Under the pieces are notes generated by a model. It had not been told where the DNA came from. It searched no databases and saw only the letters and a program-made list of their open reading frames with translations. DNA of 36,155 nucleotides, taken from positions 1 to 36,155 of the forward strand of contig DASSXV010000051.1 in the NCBI GenBank assembly GCA_035703635.1, written 5' to 3'. Below are positions 28,002 to 36,155 of this stretch, piece after piece; the first letter of the stretch is position 1, and each line of letters opens with the position of its first letter. This DNA is from Trueperaceae bacterium (GTDB taxonomy: Bacteria; Deinococcota; Deinococci; Deinococcales; Trueperaceae). A program made the translations under genes and the position numbers.

Positions 28002-30728
28002 ATGGCAGACGTCTTGGATCGCTTGCTAGATCTAGACCGTTCACAGCTAGGGCCACAGGAGCTAGCGGCCCTGAACTCGGTTGAACTCAAGGAGTGGCTC
28101 GAGTCGCTCGACTACGTGCTCGCTAGCGGCGGCGCCGACAGGGTAGTCGAGATCCTCCAGCGCCTGGAGGCTCACGCCGAGAAGCACGGCATCCGCCTGC
28201 CGTTCGAGTCGGACACGTCGTACGTGAACACCATCCACGTAGACGATCAACCCGAGTACCCGGGCGACATCGCCATCGAGCGGCGCATCACCAACCTCAT
28301 CCGCTGGAACGCCATGGCCATGGTGGTCCAGGCCAACAAGCACTCATCCGGCATCGGCGGGCACATCGCCACCTACGCCTCGGCGGCCATCCTGTACGAG
28401 GTCGGCTTCAACCACTTCTTCCGCGGCCCTGGCAAGGGCCCAGACGCGGACTTGGTCTACTTCCAAGGGCACGCCAGCCCGGGCATCTACGCGCGCTCCT
28501 ATCTAGAGCACCGCTTCGACGACGAGCGCATGCACAACTTCCGCCGCGAACTGCAAGACTCGCCGGGCCTCTCCTCCTACCCGCACCCGTGGCTCATGCC
28601 CGACTACTGGAGCTTCCCGACCGTATCGATGGGCCTTGGCCCCATCACGTCCATCTACCAAGCGCGCTTCAGGCGCTACCTGGAGGACCGCGGCCTCTAC
28701 CCGAAGGGTAGCGGCAAGGTGTGGGCGTTCATCGGCGACGGCGAGACAGACGAGCCGGAGACGCTCGGTGCAATCCGAGTCGCTTCCCGCTCCAAGCTCG
28801 ACAACCTGATCTGGGTCCTGAACGCCAACCTCCAGCGGCTAGACGGCCCCGTGTTCGGCAACGGCCAGATCATCCAAGAGCTCGAGGGCATCTTCCGCGG
28901 CGCAGGCTGGAACGTCATCAAGGTCGCGTGGGGCAGCGCTTGGGACGACCTCCTCAAGCGCGACACCGAGGGTGTCGTCGTCAAGCGCTTCGAGGAGCTC
29001 GTAGACGGCGAGTCGCAGCGTTACGCAGCGTTCGGCGGCCAGGAACTCAAGGAGCGCTTCTTCAACACCCCCGAGCTCAAAGAGCTCGTGAAGGACTGGA
29101 CGGACGCCGACTTCGCGAAACTCAACCGCGGCGGCCACGACCCCGTCAAGGTCTACGCGGCGTTCGACCGCGCCACGAAGCACGTCGGCCAGCCCACGGT
29201 CATCATCGCGCGCACGGTCAAGGGCTACGGCATGGGCGCCGCCGGTGAGGCGCAGAACATCACCCACCAACAGAAGAAGCTCGACGAGAACGAGATGCGC
29301 GCGTTCCGCGACCGCTTCAACCTGCCGATCTCTGACGATGAGATCGCCAACGAGCCGTTCCACCGGCCACCAGAAGACAGCCCCGAGCACCAGTACCTAG
29401 TCAAGCACCGTGAGGAGCTCGGCGGCTTCTTGCCTGCCAGGAGCGTCAAGGCCGAGCCGCTCGCACCGCCCCCCGCGGAAGCGTTCGAGGAGTTCATGAC
29501 CTCGAGCGAAGAGCGCGCCGTCTCCACCACCATGGTGATGGTCAACGTCATGCGCAAGCTCCTCCGCGACCCGAACTGGAGCAAGCTCGTCGTGCCCATC
29601 GTCCCCGACGAAGCACGCACGTTCGGCATGGAGTCGTTCTTCCGCCAGATCGGCATCTACTCGCCAGTCGGGCAGCTATACGAACCAGTGGACAGCGCGC
29701 ACCTCATGTACTACAAGGAGTCGCGCGACGGTCAGATCCTCGAAGAGGGCATCACGGAAGCCGGCGGCATGTCGTCGTTCATCGCTGCAGGCACGGCCTA
29801 CGCCAACTACGGCGTTAACACCGTCCCCTTCTACCTGTACTACTCGATGTTCGGCTTCCAGCGCGTCGGCGACCTCATCTGGGCGGCAGGCGACAGCCAC
29901 GCCAAGGGCTTCCTCGTCGGCGCCACGGCTGGCCGCACGACCCTAGCTGGCGAAGGGCTGCAGCACCAGGACGGTCACTCCCACGTCCTCGCGTACCCGG
30001 TACCGAACCTCATGGCGTACGACCCGTCCTTCGCTCACGAACTAGCCATCGTCGTGCGCGAGGGCCTGCGCCGCATGTACCAGGAGCAGGAAGACATCTT
30101 CTACTACGTCACCGTCGGCAACGAGAACTACCTGCAGCCGGGCGCTCCAGCGCACCTCTCGCGTGCCCAACTCGAAGAGGGCGTGCTCAAGGGCATGTAC
30201 TTGTTCCGCCCCGCGAGCCGCAAGCGCAGCAAGCTGCACGCGCAGCTCTTCGGCAGCGGCAGCATCATGAACAGCGTGCTCGAGGCGCAAGAGATACTCG
30301 AGCGCGACTACAGCGTCGCCGCCAGCGTCTGGAGCGTAACGTCTTACAAGGAACTTCACCGCGACGCGCTGCAAGTCGAGCGTTACAACCGCCTCAATCC
30401 CGACCAGGAGCAGCACCGTCCGTACGTAACTGAGCTCCTTAGCGGCGCGAAGGGCGTGTTCGTGGCGGCCTCCGATTACATGAAGATCCTGCCGGACGCT
30501 CTAGCAGCGCACCTCCCGCGCCCGATGGTCGCCCTTGGTACGGACGGGTTCGGCCGCAGCGAGGCGCGCGAGGAGCTCCGCGAGTTCTTCGAGGTCAACG
30601 CCGCGCATATCGTGTACGCCACCCTCACCGCCCTAGCTGCAGACGGCCTTGTCGACAAGAAGACGCTCCTGGCCGCCCGCGACGACCTCAAGATCTTCCC
30701 CGACAAAGCCGACCCATACGTCGACTGA
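28002..30728 (+). CDS. aceE: Pyruvate dehydrogenase E1 (homodimeric type)
   Basis: RWNAMAMV, GGHIATYAS, YFQGHASPG, FPTVSMGLGP, GDGETDEPE, GEGLQHQDG; ATG 28002 after GAGG. Confidence 0.97.
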   Translation: MADVLDRLLDLDRSQLGPQELAALNSVELKEWLESLDYVLASGGADRVVEILQRLEAHAEKHGIRLPFESDTSYVNTIHVDDQPEYPGDIAIERRITNLIRWNAMAMVVQANKHSSGIGGHIATYASAAILYEVGFNHFFRGPGKGPDADLVYFQGHASPGIYARSYLEHRFDDERMHNFRRELQDSPGLSSYPHPWLMPDYWSFPTVSMGLGPITSIYQARFRRYLEDRGLYPKGSGKVWAFIGDGETDEPETLGAIRVASRSKLDNLIWVLNANLQRLDGPVFGNGQIIQELEGIFRGAGWNVIKVAWGSAWDDLLKRDTEGVVVKRFEELVDGESQRYAAFGGQELKERFFNTPELKELVKDWTDADFAKLNRGGHDPVKVYAAFDRATKHVGQPTVIIARTVKGYGMGAAGEAQNITHQQKKLDENEMRAFRDRFNLPISDDEIANEPFHRPPEDSPEHQYLVKHREELGGFLPARSVKAEPLAPPPAEAFEEFMTSSEERAVSTTMVMVNVMRKLLRDPNWSKLVVPIVPDEARTFGMESFFRQIGIYSPVGQLYEPVDSAHLMYYKESRDGQILEEGITEAGGMSSFIAAGTAYANYGVNTVPFYLYYSMFGFQRVGDLIWAAGDSHAKGFLVGATAGRTTLAGEGLQHQDGHSHVLAYPVPNLMAYDPSFAHELAIVVREGLRRMYQEQEDIFYYVTVGNENYLQPGAPAHLSRAQLEEGVLKGMYLFRPASRKRSKLHAQLFGSGSIMNSVLEAQEILERDYSVAASVWSVTSYKELHRDALQVERYNRLNPDQEQHRPYVTELLSGAKGVFVAASDYMKILPDALAAHLPRPMVALGTDGFGRSEAREELREFFEVNAAHIVYATLTALAADGLVDKKTLLAARDDLKIFPDKADPYVD

Positions 30729-30749
30729 CCGGCCTGAAAGGAACTGCTA

Positions 30750-32072
30750 GTGGCTACTGAAGTAAGACTTCCTGACATCGGCGAGGGCATCGAGAAGGGC
30801 ACCGTGGTCGGCGTCCTGGTCAAGGTCGGCGACACCGTCACCAAGGACCAGCCGCTCGTCGAGCTGGAGACGGACAAGGCCGTCGTCGAGATCCCATCGT
30901 CCGCGAGCGGCGTCGTCAGCCAGATAAACGTTAGCGAGAACCAAGAGGCGGCCGTCGGCTCCGTGCTGCTCGTCGTGGACGAGGACGGCGCCGCCGCGGC
31001 GCCAAGCTCACCTGAACCCGTCGCGCCAGCGGCCCAGGCGGCGCCGCCAGCCCCAACACCAGCGCCGGCGGCGCCTCCAGCGCCAACGCCCGCCCCGGCC
31101 GCCGCGCCGCAGGCACCGCTCGCTGCGGCCACTAGCGCGGAGACGCCCGGCGGCCTCGTGCCAGCGGCGCCATCGGTGCGGCGCCTAGCCCGCGAGCTCG
31201 GCGTCAACCTGCAAGGCGTGACCGGCAGCGGCGTGCTCGGCCGCATCTCCGCCGCCGACGTGCGCGCCTACTCTCAGGGCGCACCAACGGCCGGCGCGAC
31301 CAGCGGCGTAGCGCCGACGGTAGCAAGCGTGGCGGCGGCGCCTCTCCCAGACTTCACCCGCTGGGGCGAAGTGACGAGGACCCCGATGACGGGCATCCGC
31401 AAGGCGACCGTGCGCTCCATGAGCAACGCCTGGTCGACGGTGCCGATGGTCACCCACTTCGATGACGCCGACATCACGGAGCTCGAGGTCATCCGCAAGC
31501 GTTACCAGCCGAAGGTCGAGGCTGCGGGCGCCAAACTGACGCCGACCGCCATCCTCGTCAAGGTCGTGGCTGCCGCGCTCAGGCGCTTCCCTGACTTCAA
31601 CGCCAGCATCGACGTTGCGGCTCAAGAAGTGGTTCACAAGCGTTACGTCAACGTCGGCGTTGCAGTCGACACCGACGCTGGACTCCTCGTGCCCGTCATC
31701 AAGGACGCCGACCGTAAGAACCTCGTCGAGCTCTCCATCGACCTCGGGGAGCTGGCGGTCAAGGCGCGCGACCGCAAGCTGACCCCAGACGAGATGCAAG
31801 GCGGCAACTTCTCCATCTCGAACCTGGGAGGCATCGGCGGGCACGCGTTCACGCCCATCGTCAACCCACCTGACGTCGCCATCCTCGGCGTGTCGCGCTC
31901 GAAGATGACTCCGGTGTGGAACCCCGAGACCAGCACCTTCGAGCCGCGCCTCATGATGCCGCTGGCGTTGACCTACGATCACCGCCTGATCGACGGCGCC
32001 GCGGCCGCGCGCTTCCTACGCTGGGTATGCACCGCGCTCGAGGAGCCTTTCCTGGTAGCCCTCGAAGGCTGA
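30750..32072 (+). CDS. aceF: Dihydrolipoamide acetyltransferase E2 (one lipoyl domain)
   Basis: ETDKA lipoyl motif, Pro/Ala linker, [11 protein letters not shown]3-binding domain, DHRLIDG. Confidence 0.95.
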   Translation: MATEVRLPDIGEGIEKGTVVGVLVKVGDTVTKDQPLVELETDKAVVEIPSSASGVVSQINVSENQEAAVGSVLLVVDEDGAAAAPSSPEPVAPAAQAAPPAPTPAPAAPPAPTPAPAAAPQAPLAAATSAETPGGLVPAAPSVRRLARELGVNLQGVTGSGVLGRISAADVRAYSQGAPTAGATSGVAPTVASVAAAPLPDFTRWGEVTRTPMTGIRKATVRSMSNAWSTVPMVTHFDDADITELEVIRKRYQPKVEAAGAKLTPTAILVKVVAAALRRFPDFNASIDVAAQEVVHKRYVNVGVAVDTDAGLLVPVIKDADRKNLVELSIDLGELAVKARDRKLTPDEMQGGNFSISNLGGIGGHAFTPIVNPPDVAILGVSRSKMTPVWNPETSTFEPRLMMPLALTYDHRLIDGAAAARFLRWVCTALEEPFLVALEG

Positions 32073-32091
32073 TCGCGGCCAACTAGCATCT

Positions 32092-32134
32092 CGCGCTGGC
32101 GAACCGGCCACCCGGTTCGCCAGCGCGCTTTCTT
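32092..32134 (+). terminator. Intrinsic terminator after aceF
   Basis: CGCGCTGGCGAACCGG-ccac-CCGGTTCGCCAGCGCG (16-bp stem) followed by CTTTCTT. Confidence 0.8.
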
Positions 32135-32207
32135 GCGCCATTGGGGCCCATGGGAGCGGAAAAGGTTCACCCGGCTCTCACGGTCGTGCGTGATAGCATG
32201 CCATCGT

Positions 32208-32981
32208 ATGTCAGCCCTGAACAGCGTCGCCAACGGCGTGAACCCCGCGCCAACTGGCGTCGAGCTACGGGCCACCGGCCTAGTCAAGCGCTACGGCCGC
32301 CGCAAGGTAGTCGACGGCGTAGACCTAGTGCTGAGGCGGGGCGAGATAGTCGCGCTCCTCGGGCCGAACGGGGCAGGCAAGACCACCAGCTTCTACATGG
32401 TCGTCGGCTTCGTGAGGCCGAACGCCGGCCGCATCGTCCTCGGCGGCCAGGACGTGACGAACTGGCCGATGCACCGCAGGGCCCGGATCGGGCTTGGCTA
32501 CCTGGCCCAGGAACCCAGCGCGTTCAGGCGCCTGACCGTCGAGGACAACTTGCGCGCCATCCTCGAGTTCCAGGGCCTCACGCGCGCGGAGCAAGAACGG
32601 CGCGCCGCTGACCTCCTCGAGGAGTTCCATATCAGCCATCTCGCCAAGAGCCGCGCGGACACCCTGTCTGGCGGCGAGCGGCGCCGGCTCGAGATCGCCC
32701 GCAGCCTGACCGTCGACCCCGACTTCCTCCTCCTAGACGAGCCGTTCACGGGCGTCGACCCCAAGTCCATCCGTGAGATCCAGTCCATCGTTCACGACCT
32801 AAGGGACCGGCGTGGGCTCGGGGTGCTCCTCACCGATCACAGCGTGCGCGAGACCCTCGCCATCGCTGATCGCGTCGTGCTCATGTTCGACGGGCGCGTG
32901 CGGTTCGACGGGACTCCCGCCGACTTCGCTGCCGACCCTGACGTGCGCACCTACTACCTCGGTAATGAGTTCCAACTCTAG
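32208..32981 (+). CDS. lptB: LptB-family ABC ATPase
   Basis: [56 protein letters not shown]. Confidence 0.92.
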   Translation: MSALNSVANGVNPAPTGVELRATGLVKRYGRRKVVDGVDLVLRRGEIVALLGPNGAGKTTSFYMVVGFVRPNAGRIVLGGQDVTNWPMHRRARIGLGYLAQEPSAFRRLTVEDNLRAILEFQGLTRAEQERRAADLLEEFHISHLAKSRADTLSGGERRRLEIARSLTVDPDFLLLDEPFTGVDPKSIREIQSIVHDLRDRRGLGVLLTDHSVRETLAIADRVVLMFDGRVRFDGTPADFAADPDVRTYYLGNEFQL

Positions 32982-33026
32982 GCTCACTGCGAGCATGCCG
33001 CACTCGACCTCAGCGGACGTGCGCGC

Positions 33027-34883
33027 ATGACCCTCATCAGCCTGCTGGTAATCATGCTGGTAGTGCTTGCCGGCATCATCGCCTACTTGGGTGACAGGCT
33101 CGGCACGTACGTCGGAAGGCGGCGCCTCAGCCTGTTCGGCGCCAGGCCACGCACGACCGGCCAAGTCGTTGGCGTCCTGTCCGGCATCCTCATCATGCTG
33201 ACCACCATCGGGGTCTTGGCGCTGGCGTTCCAGAACGCTACCCGCACGCTCCTCAACGTGCAGCGAACCCTGGACGAACTGAACCAGCTCCGGGCGCAGG
33301 AGCGCGTGCTAAACCAGAACGTCGCTGACGCCAACCAGCAGCTCGCTGCCTTACGTACCCAGCTCGAGGCGGCGCAGCAAACGATCAGCGTGGCAGAGGA
33401 GCAGCGCGACTCCGCGCTCGAGGCGCGCGACGCCGCCCTCGAGGAGCGAGAGTCACTAGTCGCGCAGCGCGACGAGCTAACGAACCAGGTCGCTGCTGCC
33501 GAGGAGCGCGTCGCTGCCGCCGACGCGGAGGTGAGCCTGGCGGAGGAACGTTTGCTCGCCACGCAAGCTGAGGTGGCGGACGTGACGGCGGCGCTGGCAA
33601 CGGCACGCCAGGACCGCGACCGCGCGCTAAGCGAGGCCGACGAGGCGCGCGCTTCGGCCAACGCCGCGGCCGCCGAGGCCGCCGCGCTCGAGCTTGGCTT
33701 AGCGGACGCGAGAAGCGAGCTCGATGACGCTAACCGGCAGTTGGCGGGCATGCAGACGGCGCTTGTCGACGTGCAGCTCCGCCTGGCACGCGCCGAGAAC
33801 CAAGTGGCTGCCGCGCAGAACGACCTCGAAACGGCGCAGGCGGCCCGCGACTTGGCCCTCGGCGACAGGGAAGCGGCCATCGCAGACCGCGACGCCGCAA
33901 CGGCCGACCGCGACGCCGCCGTGGCCGACCGCGAGGCCGCTGTAACGGCCCGCGACGAGGCGCTGCAACAACGCGCAGACCTGGCCGTGCGCCTCGACGA
34001 GCTCAACAACGAGGTAGCGGTCCTCGAGGCGAACGCCAACGAACTGCGGCTGCAGGCTCAGGGGCTCCGCGAGGAGAACAGCAACCTGACTGGCACGAAC
34101 GGCGCGCTGCTGGCGGAGAACGCGCGCATCCAACTGCAGAACAACTCGCTAAGTGAGTTGAACTTGCGTTTGGAGACCGAGATCAGGCAACGCAACGCCA
34201 CGGTGCAAGAGCTGCAGGGCAACGTCGACGACCTGCAGCGCGAGGTCGAACTCCAAGCCCGCGACCTAGCCGACCTACAGCAGGAGTTCCAACGCTTCGA
34301 GGGCGGCGAGGTCTACTTCGTGAAGGACCAGCTCATCTACTCTGGCGCGATCAAGGCGCAGGAGCCGGCCGCCATCCGTGAGGAGTTGGCCGCGTTCGTC
34401 AATGATGCAACGGCCTTCGTTGCGCGGCGTGGCGTAGAGCGTGTGAGGGTAACTACCGACCAGTTCAACGCGCTCGTTGACGTCATCGGCCAGACCCCTG
34501 GCTCCGACCTCGTGCGCTTCATCTCGCCGAGCAACCAGATAAGCTCGACCATCGACGTGCTCGTCGAGGCGATCGAGAACACGGAACTCTTCGGCGCAGG
34601 GCAACTCATCGCGAGCCTCAGCGTGCACCTGGGCTCGGCGGCGCTGCCAGCCAGCCAGGACGAGATCCGCGCCGCGACCACACAACTGAAGGCCGACGCA
34701 GTGCGCAAGTTGCGCAGAGCCGGCCTAGACGACGGTCAACTGCCTGACTTCGGGCCCGTGACGGAAGACATGTTCACGAGCTTGCTGCTGCGCCTGACGG
34801 GGCCGGTCACTATCGGATTGGTGGCCACTGAAGAAGTGTGGCGCGCCGGCCCCGCCAAGCTCGAGTTGCTGATCCTCTACTGA
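33027..34883 (+). CDS. DUF3084-domain coiled-coil membrane protein
   Basis: GIIAYLGDRLG..VGRRRLSLFGARPR N-terminus followed by a long coiled coil. Confidence 0.85.
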   Translation: MTLISLLVIMLVVLAGIIAYLGDRLGTYVGRRRLSLFGARPRTTGQVVGVLSGILIMLTTIGVLALAFQNATRTLLNVQRTLDELNQLRAQERVLNQNVADANQQLAALRTQLEAAQQTISVAEEQRDSALEARDAALEERESLVAQRDELTNQVAAAEERVAAADAEVSLAEERLLATQAEVADVTAALATARQDRDRALSEADEARASANAAAAEAAALELGLADARSELDDANRQLAGMQTALVDVQLRLARAENQVAAAQNDLETAQAARDLALGDREAAIADRDAATADRDAAVADREAAVTARDEALQQRADLAVRLDELNNEVAVLEANANELRLQAQGLREENSNLTGTNGALLAENARIQLQNNSLSELNLRLETEIRQRNATVQELQGNVDDLQREVELQARDLADLQQEFQRFEGGEVYFVKDQLIYSGAIKAQEPAAIREELAAFVNDATAFVARRGVERVRVTTDQFNALVDVIGQTPGSDLVRFISPSNQISSTIDVLVEAIENTELFGAGQLIASLSVHLGSAALPASQDEIRAATTQLKADAVRKLRRAGLDDGQLPDFGPVTEDMFTSLLLRLTGPVTIGLVATEEVWRAGPAKLELLILY

Positions 34884-35309
34884 TTACTGCTTGTTGAGGG
34901 CGTCGCGGATCTGGGTGAGAAGCTTGACCTCGTCACTTGGCTCTGCGGGGGCGGCCGGGGCCGCTGGCTTCTCGAACTTCGCCTTCATGTTGTTGAACGA
35001 CTTGACGATGAAGAAGAGCACCAGCGCGATGAGCAGGAAGTTGATGACGGTATTGAGGAACGCACCGTACTGGATCACCGGGGCGCCAGCGGCGACTGCC
35101 TCGGCCACGCTCTTGTACTGATCTGCGCCCTTCATGATGATGCCAAGGTTGCTGAAGTCGACTCCGCCCAGGACTAGGCCGATCACCGGCATGATGACTT
35201 CGTTGACGAGGGAGCTAGTGATGGCCCCGAACGCGGCGCCGATGATGACGGCGACGGCCAGGTCCAATACATTGCCCCTGCTGATGAAATCGCGGAACTC
35301 CTTGATCAT
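34884..35309 (-). CDS. mscL: Large-conductance mechanosensitive channel
   Basis: MIKEFRDFISRGNVLDLAVAVIIGAAF...LLTQIRD. Confidence 0.97.
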   Translation of the reverse strand: MIKEFRDFISRGNVLDLAVAVIIGAAFGAITSSLVNEVIMPVIGLVLGGVDFSNLGIIMKGADQYKSVAEAVAAGAPVIQYGAFLNTVINFLLIALVLFFIVKSFNNMKAKFEKPAAPAAPAEPSDEVKLLTQIRDALNKQ

Positions 35310-35387
35310 CTCTCCTCCTGGTGTGCGGCTCGCTTCAGTTTACAGCGCTGTGACGTCATGACTCGCACAATCCACTAAGCTTGAGGT

Positions 35388-35792
35388 GTGAGCCGAACTG
35401 AAAGCAAGACGAGGGTGCTGGTCGCCGACGACGCAGAAGGACAGCGCCTGGTCCTAGACATGTTGCTTAGCGTCGATGGTTACGAGGTGGTTACCGTCGC
35501 TGACGGCCGTGAGGCCCTGGATTACCTCAAGGACAACACCCCTGACCTCGCCATCCTAGACGTGCAGATGCCGCACCTGACCGGCCTGGAGGTGTGTGAC
35601 CGCATGAAGCGCATTCCGCGCCTCAAGGACGTGCCCGTCATCATCCTGACGGCATATCGCGACGATCACATCGTCACGCAGGCGCGCATGGCGCACGCGA
35701 ACCGCATCGTCTACAAGCCGCTCGAGGGCAAGGACTTCAGGGCAACGGTGCGAGAGGTGCTCCAAGACCCGTCACTGGGTGCGCTGCCTTAA
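35388..35792 (+). CDS. Single-domain response regulator (CheY-like)
   Basis: VLVADD, ILDVQMP, IILTA, KP. Confidence 0.9.
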   Translation: MSRTESKTRVLVADDAEGQRLVLDMLLSVDGYEVVTVADGREALDYLKDNTPDLAILDVQMPHLTGLEVCDRMKRIPRLKDVPVIILTAYRDDHIVTQARMAHANRIVYKPLEGKDFRATVREVLQDPSLGALP

Positions 35793-36155
35793 CGCCTCGT
35801 ACAACAAGACGGCGCCTGCGACGGAGACGTTGAGGCTGTCTGCTGCGCTTGCGCGCATCGGGATGCTGACGCGCTCGTCAGCCTGAGCAAGCCACCAAGG
35901 GCTTAGCCCCTCGTGCTCGCGGCCTAGTAGCAGCGCCACGCCGCTGCTTAGGTCGCTCTGCCAGTGCGGGGTCGTTGCTCCAGGGGTGGTAGCCACTACC
36001 CGCAAGTTGGCCGTCCGCAGCGCCGCCAGGACCTCGCTAGCGCTACCGACGCCGATCGGTAAGGCGAAGGAGCTTCCCATGGCGGCGCGTATCACGTTCG
36101 GGTTCTCCAAGTCGACGCCCGCCTGCTCGCTCGCCTCCAGTTCGTCAGGGGCGGC
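35772..36155 (-). CDS. TrmH/SpoU-family RNA methyltransferase, 3' part (truncated by window end)
   Basis: NPNVIRAAMG, LLGREHEGL, IPMR..DSLNVSVA. Confidence 0.9.
   Translation of the reverse strand, partial: AAPDELEASEQAGVDLENPNVIRAAMGSSFALPIGVGSASEVLAALRTANLRVVATTPGATTPHWQSDLSSGVALLLGREHEGLSPWWLAQADERVSIPMRASAADSLNVSVAGAVLLYEALRQRTQ

Noticed and set aside
30980-31140. Pro/Ala repeat ([10 protein letters not shown] x2) in aceF
   Set aside because: Ordinary flexible E2 linker.
28002-32134. Absence of lpdA after aceE-aceF
   Set aside because: E3 is commonly encoded elsewhere; not unusual.

Overview
GC-rich bacterial chromosomal window, probably Deinococcota (Truepera-like). This assignment is an inference from the lptB-DUF3084 pairing, the aceE/aceF type and several leaderless TANNNT-N6-start genes. 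It begins with the 3' end of an AMP nucleosidase gene (amn). The last codons of amn (TAC CGC TGG stop) sit in a ~40-60 bp site that recurs four times in direct orientation (cores at 244, 3977, 7933, 9741) and splits the first ~10 kb into integrase-free cargo modules: (1) an arsenic-resistance locus; (2) an AbiE toxin-antitoxin pair with a dead toxin plus a lipoprotein/collagen tail-fibre operon; (3) an intact HipA-HTH toxin-antitoxin pair with three operator palindromes; (4) a decayed second HipA copy followed by an ISL3 scrap, a lipoprotein, a phosphoketolase and an IS1634 scrap. This looks like tandem, site-specific accretion of cassettes at the amn 3' end. From ~14.3 kb onward: a two-component pair, a secreted protein, TerC/Alx with a yybP-ykoY riboswitch, a class V aminotransferase, a MATE-like transporter, regulators, gabD, lysA, mtnN, aceE-aceF, lptB, a DUF3084 protein, mscL, a response regulator and a partial TrmH methyltransferase.
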